Positions 36,921-46,810 of a stretch of DNA of 64,000 nt are shown here, piece after piece (within the stretch, counting starts at the first letter, position 1; the number at the start of each line of letters is the position of its first letter). The stretch is from an uncultured Chloroflexia bacterium (lineage in GTDB: Bacteria > Chloroflexota > Anaerolineae > Anaerolineales > UBA4823): positions 6,725 through 70,724 of the forward strand of contig CAWEKR010000002.1 in NCBI GenBank assembly GCA_963809615.1, given 5' to 3'. A program made the translations under genes and the position numbers. The notes beneath the pieces were generated by a model that was given only the letters and a program-made list of their open reading frames with translations, searched no databases and was not told the DNA's origin.

Positions 36921-38861
36921 ATGGTCCTGACCCCGGCTGAGATAAACTCAAAACTGGAACGCATTCTCCCCACGGTACAAAAACCTGCCCGCTATGTCGG
37001 CGGTGAGCTGAACCAGGTGGTAAAAAATTGGGCCTCAATCGAGACGCATATCGCCCTCGTATTTCCAGATATTTATGATATCGGAATGTCCAATCTTGGG
37101 CTGGCGATCCTGTACGAGCTGATCAATGATCGCCCGGATGCGCTTGCCGAGCGTGTCTACAACCCGTGGATCGATATGGAAGCGGAATTGCGCCACGCAG
37201 GGATCCCGTTATATTCACTTGAGACGACCCACGCGGTAAGTGCATTTGACATCGTTGGATTTAGCCTTCCGTATGAAACGCTTTACACCAATATGCTCAC
37301 CGTACTGGATCTGTCAGGGATCCCGCTGCTGAGCGCCGACCGGCTCGTTACGGATCCCCTGGTCATCGCCGGCGGGCAGGCAGCTTATAACCCCGAGCCG
37401 GTGTATAAGTTCGTCGATGCATTCGTCATCGGTGAAGGCGAGCAGGTGATCCACGAGATCATTGCTGTCTATCAGGCATGGAAGCGCGCCTGCTCATCCC
37501 GCCAGCAGCTGCTGATCGAATTAGCCCTCATCAGCGGCGTTTACGTCCCCAGCCTGTACCAGGTGTCCTACCATCCTGACGGCACCGTCAAACAGGTTGA
37601 AAATCTTGTTGAGCAGGCCTCCATCCCGATTTTAAAACGGATCGTCCCAAATCTTCCCCCTCCTCCCACTCGCTTCATCGTTCCCAATATTGAAACTGTA
37701 CATAACCGCATCCCGATCGAAATAATGCGCGGCTGTACCCGCGGCTGCCGATTCTGCCACGCCGGGATGGTCTCGCGACCCGTCCGCGAGCGCAGCGTTT
37801 CGACTATCCTCGAAGCCATCGATCAGGCTTTGAAATATACCGGTTTTGAAGAGATCGGGCTGCTCTCCCTCTCCTCCTCCGACTATACGCATATCTCTGA
37901 GCTCGTCCAGGCGATTACCGATCAATATTGCGGCAACCATCTCGGGATTTCTCTCCCCTCCCTGCGCATCGCCTCTTTCTCTGTCGAAATAATGGACCTG
38001 TTGAAAGATTCCCGCCATGGCGGGTTTACCTTGGCGCCGGAAGCCGCCACTGAGCATATGCGCAATATCATCAATAAACCGCTCACCACCGCCCAGCTGC
38101 TCGAAACTGCCAACCAGATCTACTCGCACGGCTGGAGCACGATTAAACTCTACTTTATGATCGGCCATCCGGATGAGACTCTCGAGGATGTGAGTGCCAT
38201 TGTCGATTTGTGCAAGCTGGTCCTCGCCGAAGGGCATAAAACCATCGGTCACCGGGCCAGGTTGAATCTGGGGGTTTCCACCTTCATCCCCAAGCCGCAT
38301 ACGCCATTTCAATGGGTGGCGTGTGATTCGGTCGAGCAGATCCAGGCCAAGCAAGCCTTGCTGAAGCAGGGGCTGCGCAATAAGGATATAAAACTCACCT
38401 GGACCAATCCTGAGGTGACCATGTTGGAAGCCTGGCTCTCCCGGGGTGACCGGCGCATGGCAGATGTGGTTTACCAGGCCTGGGCAAACGGTGCCAGGTT
38501 TGACGCCTGGCAGGAGCAGTTTAATTTCTCCGCCTGGACCAGAGCGTTTGAAAGCACACAGCTCGATCCATCTTTCTACACGCATCGCCCCCGTGCACAG
38601 GAGGAGGTCTTCCCCTGGGACCATATCAGCACGGGTGTGCGCAAGAAATTCCTGCTCAAGGAATATCTGCTCAGCCAGGCTTCTATCACCCGCCTGGATT
38701 GCCGTGAGCAGTGTTTTGCCTGCGGGATCCTTCCCACCTTCGCCGATCTTCGCCGGAATAACCCGGGGTCTACCTGGTCATGCCCGGAGGTGACGTCTCC
38801 TTCCCGGGTCAATATCGCCAGTCCGGCTCCAGATGTGAGTACATTGCAAGGTACCCCGTGA
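36921..38861 (+). CDS. B12-binding-like radical SAM protein (TIGR03960-like)
   Basis: KPARYVGGELN, FPDIYDIGMSNLG, RGCTRGCRFC, YFMIGHPDET, C-terminal C..C..CG. Confidence 0.85.
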   Translation: MVLTPAEINSKLERILPTVQKPARYVGGELNQVVKNWASIETHIALVFPDIYDIGMSNLGLAILYELINDRPDALAERVYNPWIDMEAELRHAGIPLYSLETTHAVSAFDIVGFSLPYETLYTNMLTVLDLSGIPLLSADRLVTDPLVIAGGQAAYNPEPVYKFVDAFVIGEGEQVIHEIIAVYQAWKRACSSRQQLLIELALISGVYVPSLYQVSYHPDGTVKQVENLVEQASIPILKRIVPNLPPPPTRFIVPNIETVHNRIPIEIMRGCTRGCRFCHAGMVSRPVRERSVSTILEAIDQALKYTGFEEIGLLSLSSSDYTHISELVQAITDQYCGNHLGISLPSLRIASFSVEIMDLLKDSRHGGFTLAPEAATEHMRNIINKPLTTAQLLETANQIYSHGWSTIKLYFMIGHPDETLEDVSAIVDLCKLVLAEGHKTIGHRARLNLGVSTFIPKPHTPFQWVACDSVEQIQAKQALLKQGLRNKDIKLTWTNPEVTMLEAWLSRGDRRMADVVYQAWANGARFDAWQEQFNFSAWTRAFESTQLDPSFYTHRPRAQEEVFPWDHISTGVRKKFLLKEYLLSQASITRLDCREQCFACGILPTFADLRRNNPGSTWSCPEVTSPSRVNIASPAPDVSTLQGTP

Positions 38862-39493
38862 CCCTGCGCATCCGGATTACTTTTTCGAAGGCGGGCGCAA
38901 TGCAGTACGTCGGACACCTCGACCTGCACCGGTCGTGGGAACGCAGCTTCAGGCGCTCTGGTCTTCCTTTGGAATACAGTCAGGGTTTCCATCCTCAGCC
39001 CCGTCTTAACCTCGCCTGCGCCCTGCCGGTTGGGTTTACCAGTCAATGCGAAATTTTAGACGCCTGGCTGGATCAAGAGCAACCCCTCCCCGAGATTCGG
39101 GCAGCACTCACTCAGGCTTTACCCCCGGGTTTGGAAATTCTGGCGATGGAAAATGTTGATCTTCATGCCCCTGCCTTGCAGACTCAGGTTCTTTCGGCGG
39201 TGTACTGCATCCGATTTCTGGATGATATTCCGGACCTGGCTGAACGCCTCCAACGGATCCTTGCCGCTGAGCATCTGCCTCGTTTACGCCGGAATAAGCC
39301 CTATGACCTGCGGCCACTGATCGAGGATGCGGCTTTGGTACCTTCAAATGCTGCTGGAAAGGTCCAGCTTCAAGTTCAGCTTTCCGCCCGCGATTCCGCC
39401 ACGGGTAGACCGGAGGAAGTACTGTCTGAAATGGATGTGCGTTTTCAGGATACACGCATCCAGCGTGAAATTCTAAAATTAAGCGGCCATTAG
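38858..39493 (+). CDS. Radical SAM-linked protein (TIGR03936/DUF2344-like)
   Basis: RITFSK.G...YVGHLDL, YSQGFHPQPR, ALPVG; GTG start overlaps the upstream TGA (GTGA). Confidence 0.85.
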   Translation: MTLRIRITFSKAGAMQYVGHLDLHRSWERSFRRSGLPLEYSQGFHPQPRLNLACALPVGFTSQCEILDAWLDQEQPLPEIRAALTQALPPGLEILAMENVDLHAPALQTQVLSAVYCIRFLDDIPDLAERLQRILAAEHLPRLRRNKPYDLRPLIEDAALVPSNAAGKVQLQVQLSARDSATGRPEEVLSEMDVRFQDTRIQREILKLSGH

Positions 39494-39558
39494 CATCGCT
39501 TGCACAGCATTTCCAATGATGTTAAACTGAAGTAGACATTGATAGGCGGGAGACTACC

Positions 39559-40554
39559 TTGCAGAGCACGGGCATATTCTTATCCTTCATATTTGGCTTC
39601 CTGCCGATGTTGCTATTTGCATATCTTGTCTATTGGGTTGACCGGTATGAAAAAGAGCCCGTTGCCTTATTAGGGGGTGTCTTCTTGTGGGGAGCCATCA
39701 TCGCTGCAGGCGCAGCCTTTGTGGTAAATTCTTTTTTAGGTTTGGGGATCTACATGTTCACCGGTTCCCAGGCCTTCACCGAGCTGTCAACGGCCTCGGT
39801 TTTTGCCCCGATCATCGAAGAAACCCTCAAAGGGATGGCGTGCCTTTTCGTCTTTCTTTTTTTCACCCATGAATTCAATTCAGTCCTCGATGGGATTGTT
39901 TATGCCTCCATCACTGCCATCGGTTTTGCCGCTACCGAAAATATTTATTACATCTATACCTATGGTTTCCAGCAAAATGGATTGCATGGCATCCTGTATA
40001 TGTTCTTCGTCCGGGTGATCCTGGTCGGTTGGCAGCACCCGTTTTATACTGCTTTCACCGGAATCGGGTTGGCAATCTCGCGCCTGAACCGAAATATTTC
40101 GATCAAGGTGATTGCTCCGATCATCGGATTAGGGCTGGCCATATTTACCCACTCGATGCACAACCTGATTTCCACCCTTTTTCAGGGTATCCAGAGCCTG
40201 GCAGTCGGCCTGGTATTTGACTGGTCGGGTTGGATCGCCATGATTATCTTCGTCGTCTGGGCGCTTGCCCGGGAGCAAAAATGGATCGTCACCCAGCTGC
40301 CAGATGAGGTTGCTGATGGGGTGATCACGGTGTCCCAATATAAAACGGCCTGCTCAGCTGCCGGACAAACAGTCGCCCGCATTAAAGCGCTGTTTGCTGG
40401 TAAATACCGCCTGACCGACCGCTTCTATTTGTTGACCGCGGAGCTGGCGTATAAGAAACACCAGGCTTATGCCCTGGGAGAGCTGGCCCAGAACCAGGAT
40501 GAAATCGACCGCGTGCGCTCAGAGCTGTTGCAAATAAGCGCTCAAATTTGTTGA
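39559..40554 (+). CDS. PrsW family intramembrane metalloprotease
   Basis: DRYEKEP, EETLK, GFAATEN, HPFYT, HSMHN motifs. Confidence 0.88.
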   Translation: MQSTGIFLSFIFGFLPMLLFAYLVYWVDRYEKEPVALLGGVFLWGAIIAAGAAFVVNSFLGLGIYMFTGSQAFTELSTASVFAPIIEETLKGMACLFVFLFFTHEFNSVLDGIVYASITAIGFAATENIYYIYTYGFQQNGLHGILYMFFVRVILVGWQHPFYTAFTGIGLAISRLNRNISIKVIAPIIGLGLAIFTHSMHNLISTLFQGIQSLAVGLVFDWSGWIAMIIFVVWALAREQKWIVTQLPDEVADGVITVSQYKTACSAAGQTVARIKALFAGKYRLTDRFYLLTAELAYKKHQAYALGELAQNQDEIDRVRSELLQISAQIC

Positions 40555-40631
40555 TGCTTGCAGGCTCGCTTCCCCATAATTCAGGGGGGAAATAAAGCAT
40601 GGTAAAATAAAAATTCGAGTTTTGTTCCCGT

Positions 40632-40703
40632 GCCCCTGTAGCTCAGTGGATAGAGCGTTGGCCTCCGGAGCCAAAAGCGACAGTTCGAGTCTGTCCAGGG
40701 GTA
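40632..40703 (+). tRNA. tRNA-Arg (anticodon CCG), CCA not encoded
   Basis: Acceptor GCCCCTG/CAGGGGT, D arm GCTC..GAGC, anticodon arm TTGGC-CTCCGGA-GCCAA, T arm GACAG-TTCGAGT-CTGTC. Confidence 0.95.
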
Positions 40704-40715
40704 CTGACCGTTTAA

Positions 40716-42128
40716 TCAAGCCCTGGTGTTGACACGCACCAGGCTGGTGACCACCCCCAACAGGGTGATCATCGAAACCACCAGGAAACTCGCTCCCAAT
40801 GCGTCATAGAAAATTGTGCTCTGGATGGGGGCGCTTGCCGAGAGCAAGCTGGTGCCCCCCCGCGCAGCCACGGTGGTAAAAATTGCCCCGGCAATCCCCA
40901 CCCCCAGTACCATCCCAAAGCTTCGCCCGGTGGCTAAAATTCCTGCCGCGATTCCTTGCCTGCTCCGAGGAGCCGACCCCATCAGCGCGCTGTTGTTGGG
41001 CGAGATGAAGACCCCTGTTCCAAACCCTACGACCGCCAATGCCAGCATCATCGCCCGAATGGATGACTGACCGGTCAGGTGCGATAAAAGGTACAGGCCG
41101 GCTGACAGGACTGCCATCCCAAACACCGCCGGGATGCGCGTCCCAATCCGGTCAGACAGGGTGCCGCTGATCGGTGCAATTACCGCCATGACCACAAATT
41201 GGGTTGCAATGATGAGCCCTGCCTGTGCCGGAGAAAACCCCCTCCCCTGGATCAGGTAGTAAGGCATCAGGAAGATACAGCTGTAGACTCCGATGTAGTT
41301 GATGATGGCGCTTATCGTAGTGAGCGAAAAAGGCAGCTTCTTGAACAAGCTGAGGTCCAACATGGGGGACTTTACGTGAGCTTCAAAATAGATGAATAGC
41401 GAAAGGAAAAGGATCGCTGATACCAGAAGCGCGATGATGGGCAACGAAGACCAGCCCCATTCTGCACCCTGGTTGAGACCCAGCAGCAAGGCTCCAAGCC
41501 CAAAAATGAATGTCACCGCACCCCGGAAATCGAATTGTTCAGAACTAGAATGGTAACTATCCCTGGGAATATAGCGCAAGCTGAGCCAGATGGCAACCAG
41601 GCCAACCGGAATATTCATATAGAATACCGCTCGCCAACCAAGCAGGCTGGCTAACCATCCACCCACCAACGGGCCTGCCGTTAGCCCCAGGTAAGTCATG
41701 GTCGCCTGCAGCCCCAACGCCTGGCCGCGTTGTTCCACAGGAAAGCTTTTGGTTAAAATCGTGGGAGAATTGGCTGCCAGCATCGCTCCCCCCAGGGCTT
41801 GCAGCCCGCGCGATGCAATGAGGATTGCCACACTTGGTGCTGCACCAGAGAAGAATGAGCCACCCATGAAAATCCCAAACCCTATCAGGTAGATCGCCTT
41901 GTGCCCGCGCATATCCCCCAGCCTGCCAAAACTCAAGAGCAGCCCGCTCAGCACCAGCAAATAGATCGTAACCACCCATTGAACCACCGTGATCGGTTGG
42001 CTAAAGTTCTTACCGATTACCGGCAGCACCGTATTGACCACGCTGGTATCCAATGCGGTCATGAAGGTGCCGATCCCAACTGCCAGCAGCACCCCCCATT
42101 TTTGAGTCGAATCCAGTGTCGTCTCCAT
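40716..42128 (-). CDS. MFS transporter, DHA2 (EmrB/QacA-like) efflux family
   Basis: LDTSVVN, GRLGDMRGHK, WRAVFYMNIPVG; about 14 TM segments. Confidence 0.88.
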   Translation of the reverse strand: METTLDSTQKWGVLLAVGIGTFMTALDTSVVNTVLPVIGKNFSQPITVVQWVVTIYLLVLSGLLLSFGRLGDMRGHKAIYLIGFGIFMGGSFFSGAAPSVAILIASRGLQALGGAMLAANSPTILTKSFPVEQRGQALGLQATMTYLGLTAGPLVGGWLASLLGWRAVFYMNIPVGLVAIWLSLRYIPRDSYHSSSEQFDFRGAVTFIFGLGALLLGLNQGAEWGWSSLPIIALLVSAILFLSLFIYFEAHVKSPMLDLSLFKKLPFSLTTISAIINYIGVYSCIFLMPYYLIQGRGFSPAQAGLIIATQFVVMAVIAPISGTLSDRIGTRIPAVFGMAVLSAGLYLLSHLTGQSSIRAMMLALAVVGFGTGVFISPNNSALMGSAPRSRQGIAAGILATGRSFGMVLGVGIAGAIFTTVAARGGTSLLSASAPIQSTIFYDALGASFLVVSMITLLGVVTSLVRVNTRA

Positions 42129-42131
42129 TAT

Positions 42132-43403
42132 TTACACTTCAAGAATTACCGGCTTAGGGTGGTCTTTCAAGATGAAGCTCAGCACAAATACCGTCGCCGC
42201 TGCCCCAAAGGCTGTCACCATGAACGTCGCCTGGTATCCTACCGTATCCGCCAGCCATCCCGCGAGCAAGGGGATAATAAAAGCCGTCGGCGCGATCAAG
42301 GTATTAGCCAATCCAATGTAAGAAGGTTTCTCATGCGGTTGGCCGAGTTCCTGGATCATCGCCAGCGCGATCGTCCATACGCCTACAATTGCGATTCCTT
42401 CCAGTGCGAATGCCAGGTAAAACCACCCCAATGACGGTGCCCAGATGATCATTCCTGCACTCACTGCAGCAGCAACCATCCCCAGCGCCATCACTCCCCG
42501 GTGGCTCCAATGATCTCCCAGCCAGCCCATGATTGGGTTGAAAATGGTTTGTGAGATCAACAGGATCCCGGCCAGGAGACCCGCCGTCGCTTCATCCACC
42601 CCGTAAAATCGCACCACATAGACGGTGTAGAAGGCAAAGCCGACCGTCCCAATCTGTGCCAGGATTCGCACCACGATAAACCACCTGAAGTTCACATCCC
42701 GTTGTAATATCGACCGTAAATCCCTCCAAAAGTCTTTCCGTTCAATTTCGCTCGCCACCGCCGGGGTCTCAGCTTCGCGGGTTAACCCAATAGCGAAAAA
42801 GGAAATCGAAAATGCACCCACTGCCAGCAGGAAACACAAGCTGAAGCCTACATTAGGCACATTATTTTGCAAAACCAGTCCGGCGATCACCACCCCCACG
42901 GCACCCAGCAGTGTGCTGGCTGCCGATTGTGAGCCAAAGAATATTCCCCAGCGCTCCCGTGGGATGATTTTTCCGATCATATTTTGCCAGGGGTTGGCAG
43001 CCAGTCCGCCACCAAACCCCTGCCAGATCAACAGGATGAACGTTAATGTCAAGGCAATGCTGGGGCCAATCCTGGGTACAAACCATGCCAGGATCGCCAA
43101 TGCTAAAAACGGTACCCGTTCGTGGATGGTCCAAAACATCACCATGGGCTTATAGCGCTTCAGCTGAGACACGCGCTGGGCGGTAAAGACTTGCGGCAGG
43201 AACCATCCCAGGGTATGGATCGCCGGGATCAGGCCGATCAGGACGGCTGAATGAGTCAGGGTGCTGACGAACAGCGGTAAAATTGTGGAAAATGAGGCAA
43301 ATCCCAGCGCAAAACCAAAAAAACCGCCATCCATCACGTTGACGGCAAAGTTGAACGGTAGATCTTTAGCTTGTTTGAGTAATGCAGGGCTCAGGGTTGC
43401 CAC
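42132..43403 (-). CDS. MFS transporter, substrate unknown
   Basis: About 12 TM segments; GWLGDHWSHR motif A-like. Confidence 0.8.
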   Translation of the reverse strand: MATLSPALLKQAKDLPFNFAVNVMDGGFFGFALGFASFSTILPLFVSTLTHSAVLIGLIPAIHTLGWFLPQVFTAQRVSQLKRYKPMVMFWTIHERVPFLALAILAWFVPRIGPSIALTLTFILLIWQGFGGGLAANPWQNMIGKIIPRERWGIFFGSQSAASTLLGAVGVVIAGLVLQNNVPNVGFSLCFLLAVGAFSISFFAIGLTREAETPAVASEIERKDFWRDLRSILQRDVNFRWFIVVRILAQIGTVGFAFYTVYVVRFYGVDEATAGLLAGILLISQTIFNPIMGWLGDHWSHRGVMALGMVAAAVSAGMIIWAPSLGWFYLAFALEGIAIVGVWTIALAMIQELGQPHEKPSYIGLANTLIAPTAFIIPLLAGWLADTVGYQATFMVTAFGAAATVFVLSFILKDHPKPVILEV

Positions 43404-43505
43404 TTCTTGGGAATTCTCCAGCGCTGAAGTGTACCATAGTGTATCTCGGCCTTGAGTGCGTAAATCAGCTCAAAACCTCGATCGGGTTGTCAAAAAATAC
43501 TGATC

Positions 43506-43997
43506 TTATCCCCCCCAGGGCATTTTGGAATATTCTTCCATCGCTCGGTCGTAGAAATGTTTGAACAATCGCTCATGCCTGCGTTCCCATTGCGATAACA
43601 TCGTCAATACCTGTTTTGCTTCCCCCACTGCCTGGGCCGCGCTGGACTCGTAGAATTCGGCAAAATCCCGCTCGATCAGGAACGCCATGCGTAGCACCGG
43701 CAGGTCTGGCACCATCGCTTCGGCCACTTTCTGGTCGATGATTTCCGATTGCGCCCGCTGAGAAAAAAATCCCGCCTGCTCCAGCTTCTCACCCTGATCA
43801 ATACTCCCTGGCTCACCCGCATCCAATGCGTCGATCTGGTATTGGATGAAATCGATGTGCTTCTGTTCCTCCCCCGCCAGCTGCTGGAATGCCTCCACCG
43901 CGGCAGCTTCGCTCAGCCGTTTGGCATTCTCCTCGAAAAATCTTTTACCTTCATATTCGCGAACTAAAGCGTACTCAAATACTTTACGCGTCTCCAT
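43506..43997 (-). CDS. Ferritin-like/rubrerythrin family di-iron protein
   Basis: Two E...ExxH sets (EEQKH, ERRH); about 20 nt downstream of the FDH alpha gene. Confidence 0.8.
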   Translation of the reverse strand: METRKVFEYALVREYEGKRFFEENAKRLSEAAAVEAFQQLAGEEQKHIDFIQYQIDALDAGEPGSIDQGEKLEQAGFFSQRAQSEIIDQKVAEAMVPDLPVLRMAFLIERDFAEFYESSAAQAVGEAKQVLTMLSQWERRHERLFKHFYDRAMEEYSKMPWGG

Positions 43998-44016
43998 CCA
44001 CACCTCTCTATAGCCC

Positions 44017-46782
44017 TTAAACTACGCTTACTTTTACTGCGCACACTTTATATTCAGGGATCTTGGAAATCGGGTCGAGTGCCGCAATGGTCAGTTCATT
44101 CGCTGAGGCCTCAGGGAAATGGAAATTGGCGTACACCATCCCTGAGGGTACCCGCTCGGTGACCCACGCCTCGGCCTCGATGCTGCCCCGCCTGGAGCTC
44201 ACCCGCACTCGTTTGTGCCCATCCAGCCCGAGCCTCACCGCATCCTCCGGGTTGACCTCGATCAAGGCTTCGGGATATATTTCTATCAATCCTTTTGCGC
44301 GCCGGGTCATCTCGCCCCCATGCCAGTGGTACAACACCCTGCCCGTGCTCAGCACCATCGGATAGTCATCATCGGGCATTTCCGCCGGGGGGATATGCTC
44401 GATGGGCGAAAATTTCCCCAACCCGCGTGCGAACTGTCCAATATGCAGGATCGCCGTACCAGGATGGGTCAGGTCCCTGACCGGCCAGTGTAATTGCTCA
44501 CCTCGTTCCAGTCGTTCATGGCTCACCCCCGCATAGCTCGGGGTCAGCGCAGCCAACTCATCCATGATCTGCGCCGGGTCGGTGTAATTCCAGCCGGAGT
44601 GAGGTGCCGGGCTCACTTGCCGCTCGCCCGATCCCAGCACTCGTTTTGCCAGCTCGCCGATGATCCACCAGTCCGGCTGCGCCTCGCCCAATGGTTCGAT
44701 CGCCTTGTGCACCATCTGTACCCGACGTTCAGTGTTGGTGAATGTCCCCGTTTTTTCGGCAAAACTTACCCCCGGCAGAAGCACATCCGCATATTCGGAG
44801 GTCTCCGTGGGAAAAATTTCCTGTAAAACGATGAATTCACACCTTTCCAGGCAGTGTCTGATGTGGGTGCTATCCGGGTCGCTCATCACCGGATCTTCTC
44901 CCAGGATGTACAGCGCCTTGATTTTATCTTCCCCTGCCGCGGGGATCATCTCGGTCACCGTCATCCCGATTTTTTCGGGCAGGCTCACTCCCCAGGCTGC
45001 CTCAAATTTCCTCCTGGCGGCCTCCACGGTCACGGTTTGATAGCCCGGGTAGACGTTGGGTAATCCACCCATATCACAGGCCCCCTGGACGTTATTCTGC
45101 CCGCGCAGTGGGTTCACCCCACCTCCCGGTATCCCAATATTGCCCAGTAGCATCTGCAGGTTGGCCAGGTCCATCACGTTGCGCACACCCACGATGTGCT
45201 GGGTGATGCCCATCGCCCACAGTACCGCCATGGGCTTATTCAGCGCCAGGATTTCCGCCGCCTGGTACAGCTGTTCGGCGGGCACTCCCGTGATCGCTTC
45301 AGTTTTGTCGGGTGTGTAGCTTCCCACCACGGCTTTGAATTCCTCAAAGCCTTCGGTCCTCTCCTCGATGAACGGTTTATCTTCCCAGCCTTTCTCGAGG
45401 ATGATATGCATCAATCCGTTGAGCAGAGCGATGTCCGTTCCGGGTTTATGCCTGAGATGCAAAGTGGCAAATTCGACCATGTCGATTTTGCGCGGGTCGG
45501 CTACCACCAGTTTCACCCCTCGCCTGAGCACCGCCTGGCGGATCATCGTGCCGAACACCGGGTGCTGCTCGGTGGTGTTTGAGCCGATGATCAGCATCGC
45601 GGCTGCCTGGTTGGCAACGTCTTTCATCGAGTTGGTCATCGCTCCGGAGCCATAGGATGCGGCCAGACCGGCCACGGTGCTGGAGTGTCAGAGCCGGGCG
45701 CAGTGGTCGATGTTGTTCGTCCCCAACACCTGCCGGGCGAACTTATTCATCAGATAGTTTTCTTCATTGGTGCATTTTGCTGATGTCAGCACGCCCACAC
45801 TGTCTGGTCCATGGGTATCCCGCATTTCCCGGAGCTTGCTGGCAGCGATGTTGAGCGCGGTCTCCCACTCCACCTCCACCCAGCTCCCGCGCTCCCCATT
45901 TTTCCGAACTCCTCCCTCCAGGAGGTATTGGCGTACCCGTGGTCTCGTCAGTCGGTCGGCATGGTGGATATAATCGTAGCCGTAACGCCCTTTCACGCAC
46001 AATGCCATCCCATTGACGGGAGCGTTCGGGTTCGAGCTCACCCCGATCACCCGTCCATTCTTTACGTTCAGATCGAACTGGCACCCCACTCCACAGTAGG
46101 AACAGGTGGTGATCACCTTGCTCACCTGGTGCGCCCTCCCCATCCCATACGCTAATTTGTCGCTTAATGCACCCGTTGGGCAGTATGCCGAACACTGCCC
46201 GCAGCTCTCGCAGCGCGCCTCGAGCAGGGTCGTGTCTGCCCCCGCCACGATTCTTTCTTCAAATCCGCGCTGTGCCACGCCCCATACGAACCGTCCCTGC
46301 ACCTCGGCACATGCCAGAACGCAGCGCCGGCACAGGATGCATTTGTTAAAGTCAACCCGCACGAATGGGTTCGGGTCGCTGTCCACCTGGTAGCGCTTGC
46401 CCTTGCTGCCCCATTCCGGCACTTCCACCTGGTAGTCGTAGGCTAAATCTTGCAGCTCACATGCTCCGCTTGAATCACACACCAGGCAGTCCTGCGGGTG
46501 GTTGGCCAGCATCAGCTCAAGCGTCATTCGCCGGGCTCGCACCACGCGCTCGCTGTGCGTCTCTACCACCATTCCCTCCCACACGGTGGTCACGCAGGCT
46601 GCCTGCAGGAACCGCTGTCCCTGAACTTCGACCACGCAGATGCGGCAGTTTCCCGTCGGGGTCAGGTCGCGGTGGTAGCACAGGGTCGGGATGGTCACAC
46701 CATTTTGCCGCGCCGCCTGCAGCAGCCCCGCTCCCTCGGCCGCCTCGATCAGTTTCCCATCAATTGTGAGCCGAACAGTCAT
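44017..46782 (-). CDS. fdhF: Selenocysteine-containing formate dehydrogenase alpha subunit (about 921 aa) with N-terminal NuoG-like Fe-S domains
   Basis: The two ORFs are in frame across TGA 45688-45690: NNIDHCARL-U-HSSTVAGL; also CSYCGVGC, LRGQNNVQG, FTNTERR, KIPEYK. Confidence 0.92.
45658..45687 (-). promoter_or_regulatory. Bacterial SECIS element
   Basis: Hairpin GTGGCC-GGTCT-GGCCGC starting 12 nt after the UGA; similar to the E. coli fdhF arrangement. Confidence 0.75.
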
Positions 46783-46810
46783 AGGTATCATTCTCCTGGC
46801 AATTCAACCG

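Noticed and set aside
40632-40720. tRNA as integration site for an island
   Set aside because: No integrase and no duplicated tRNA 3' end seen in the window.
45688-45690. Nonsense mutation in the FDH alpha gene
   Set aside because: The TGA is at the Sec/Cys ligand position with a SECIS-like hairpin, so recoding is the better explanation.
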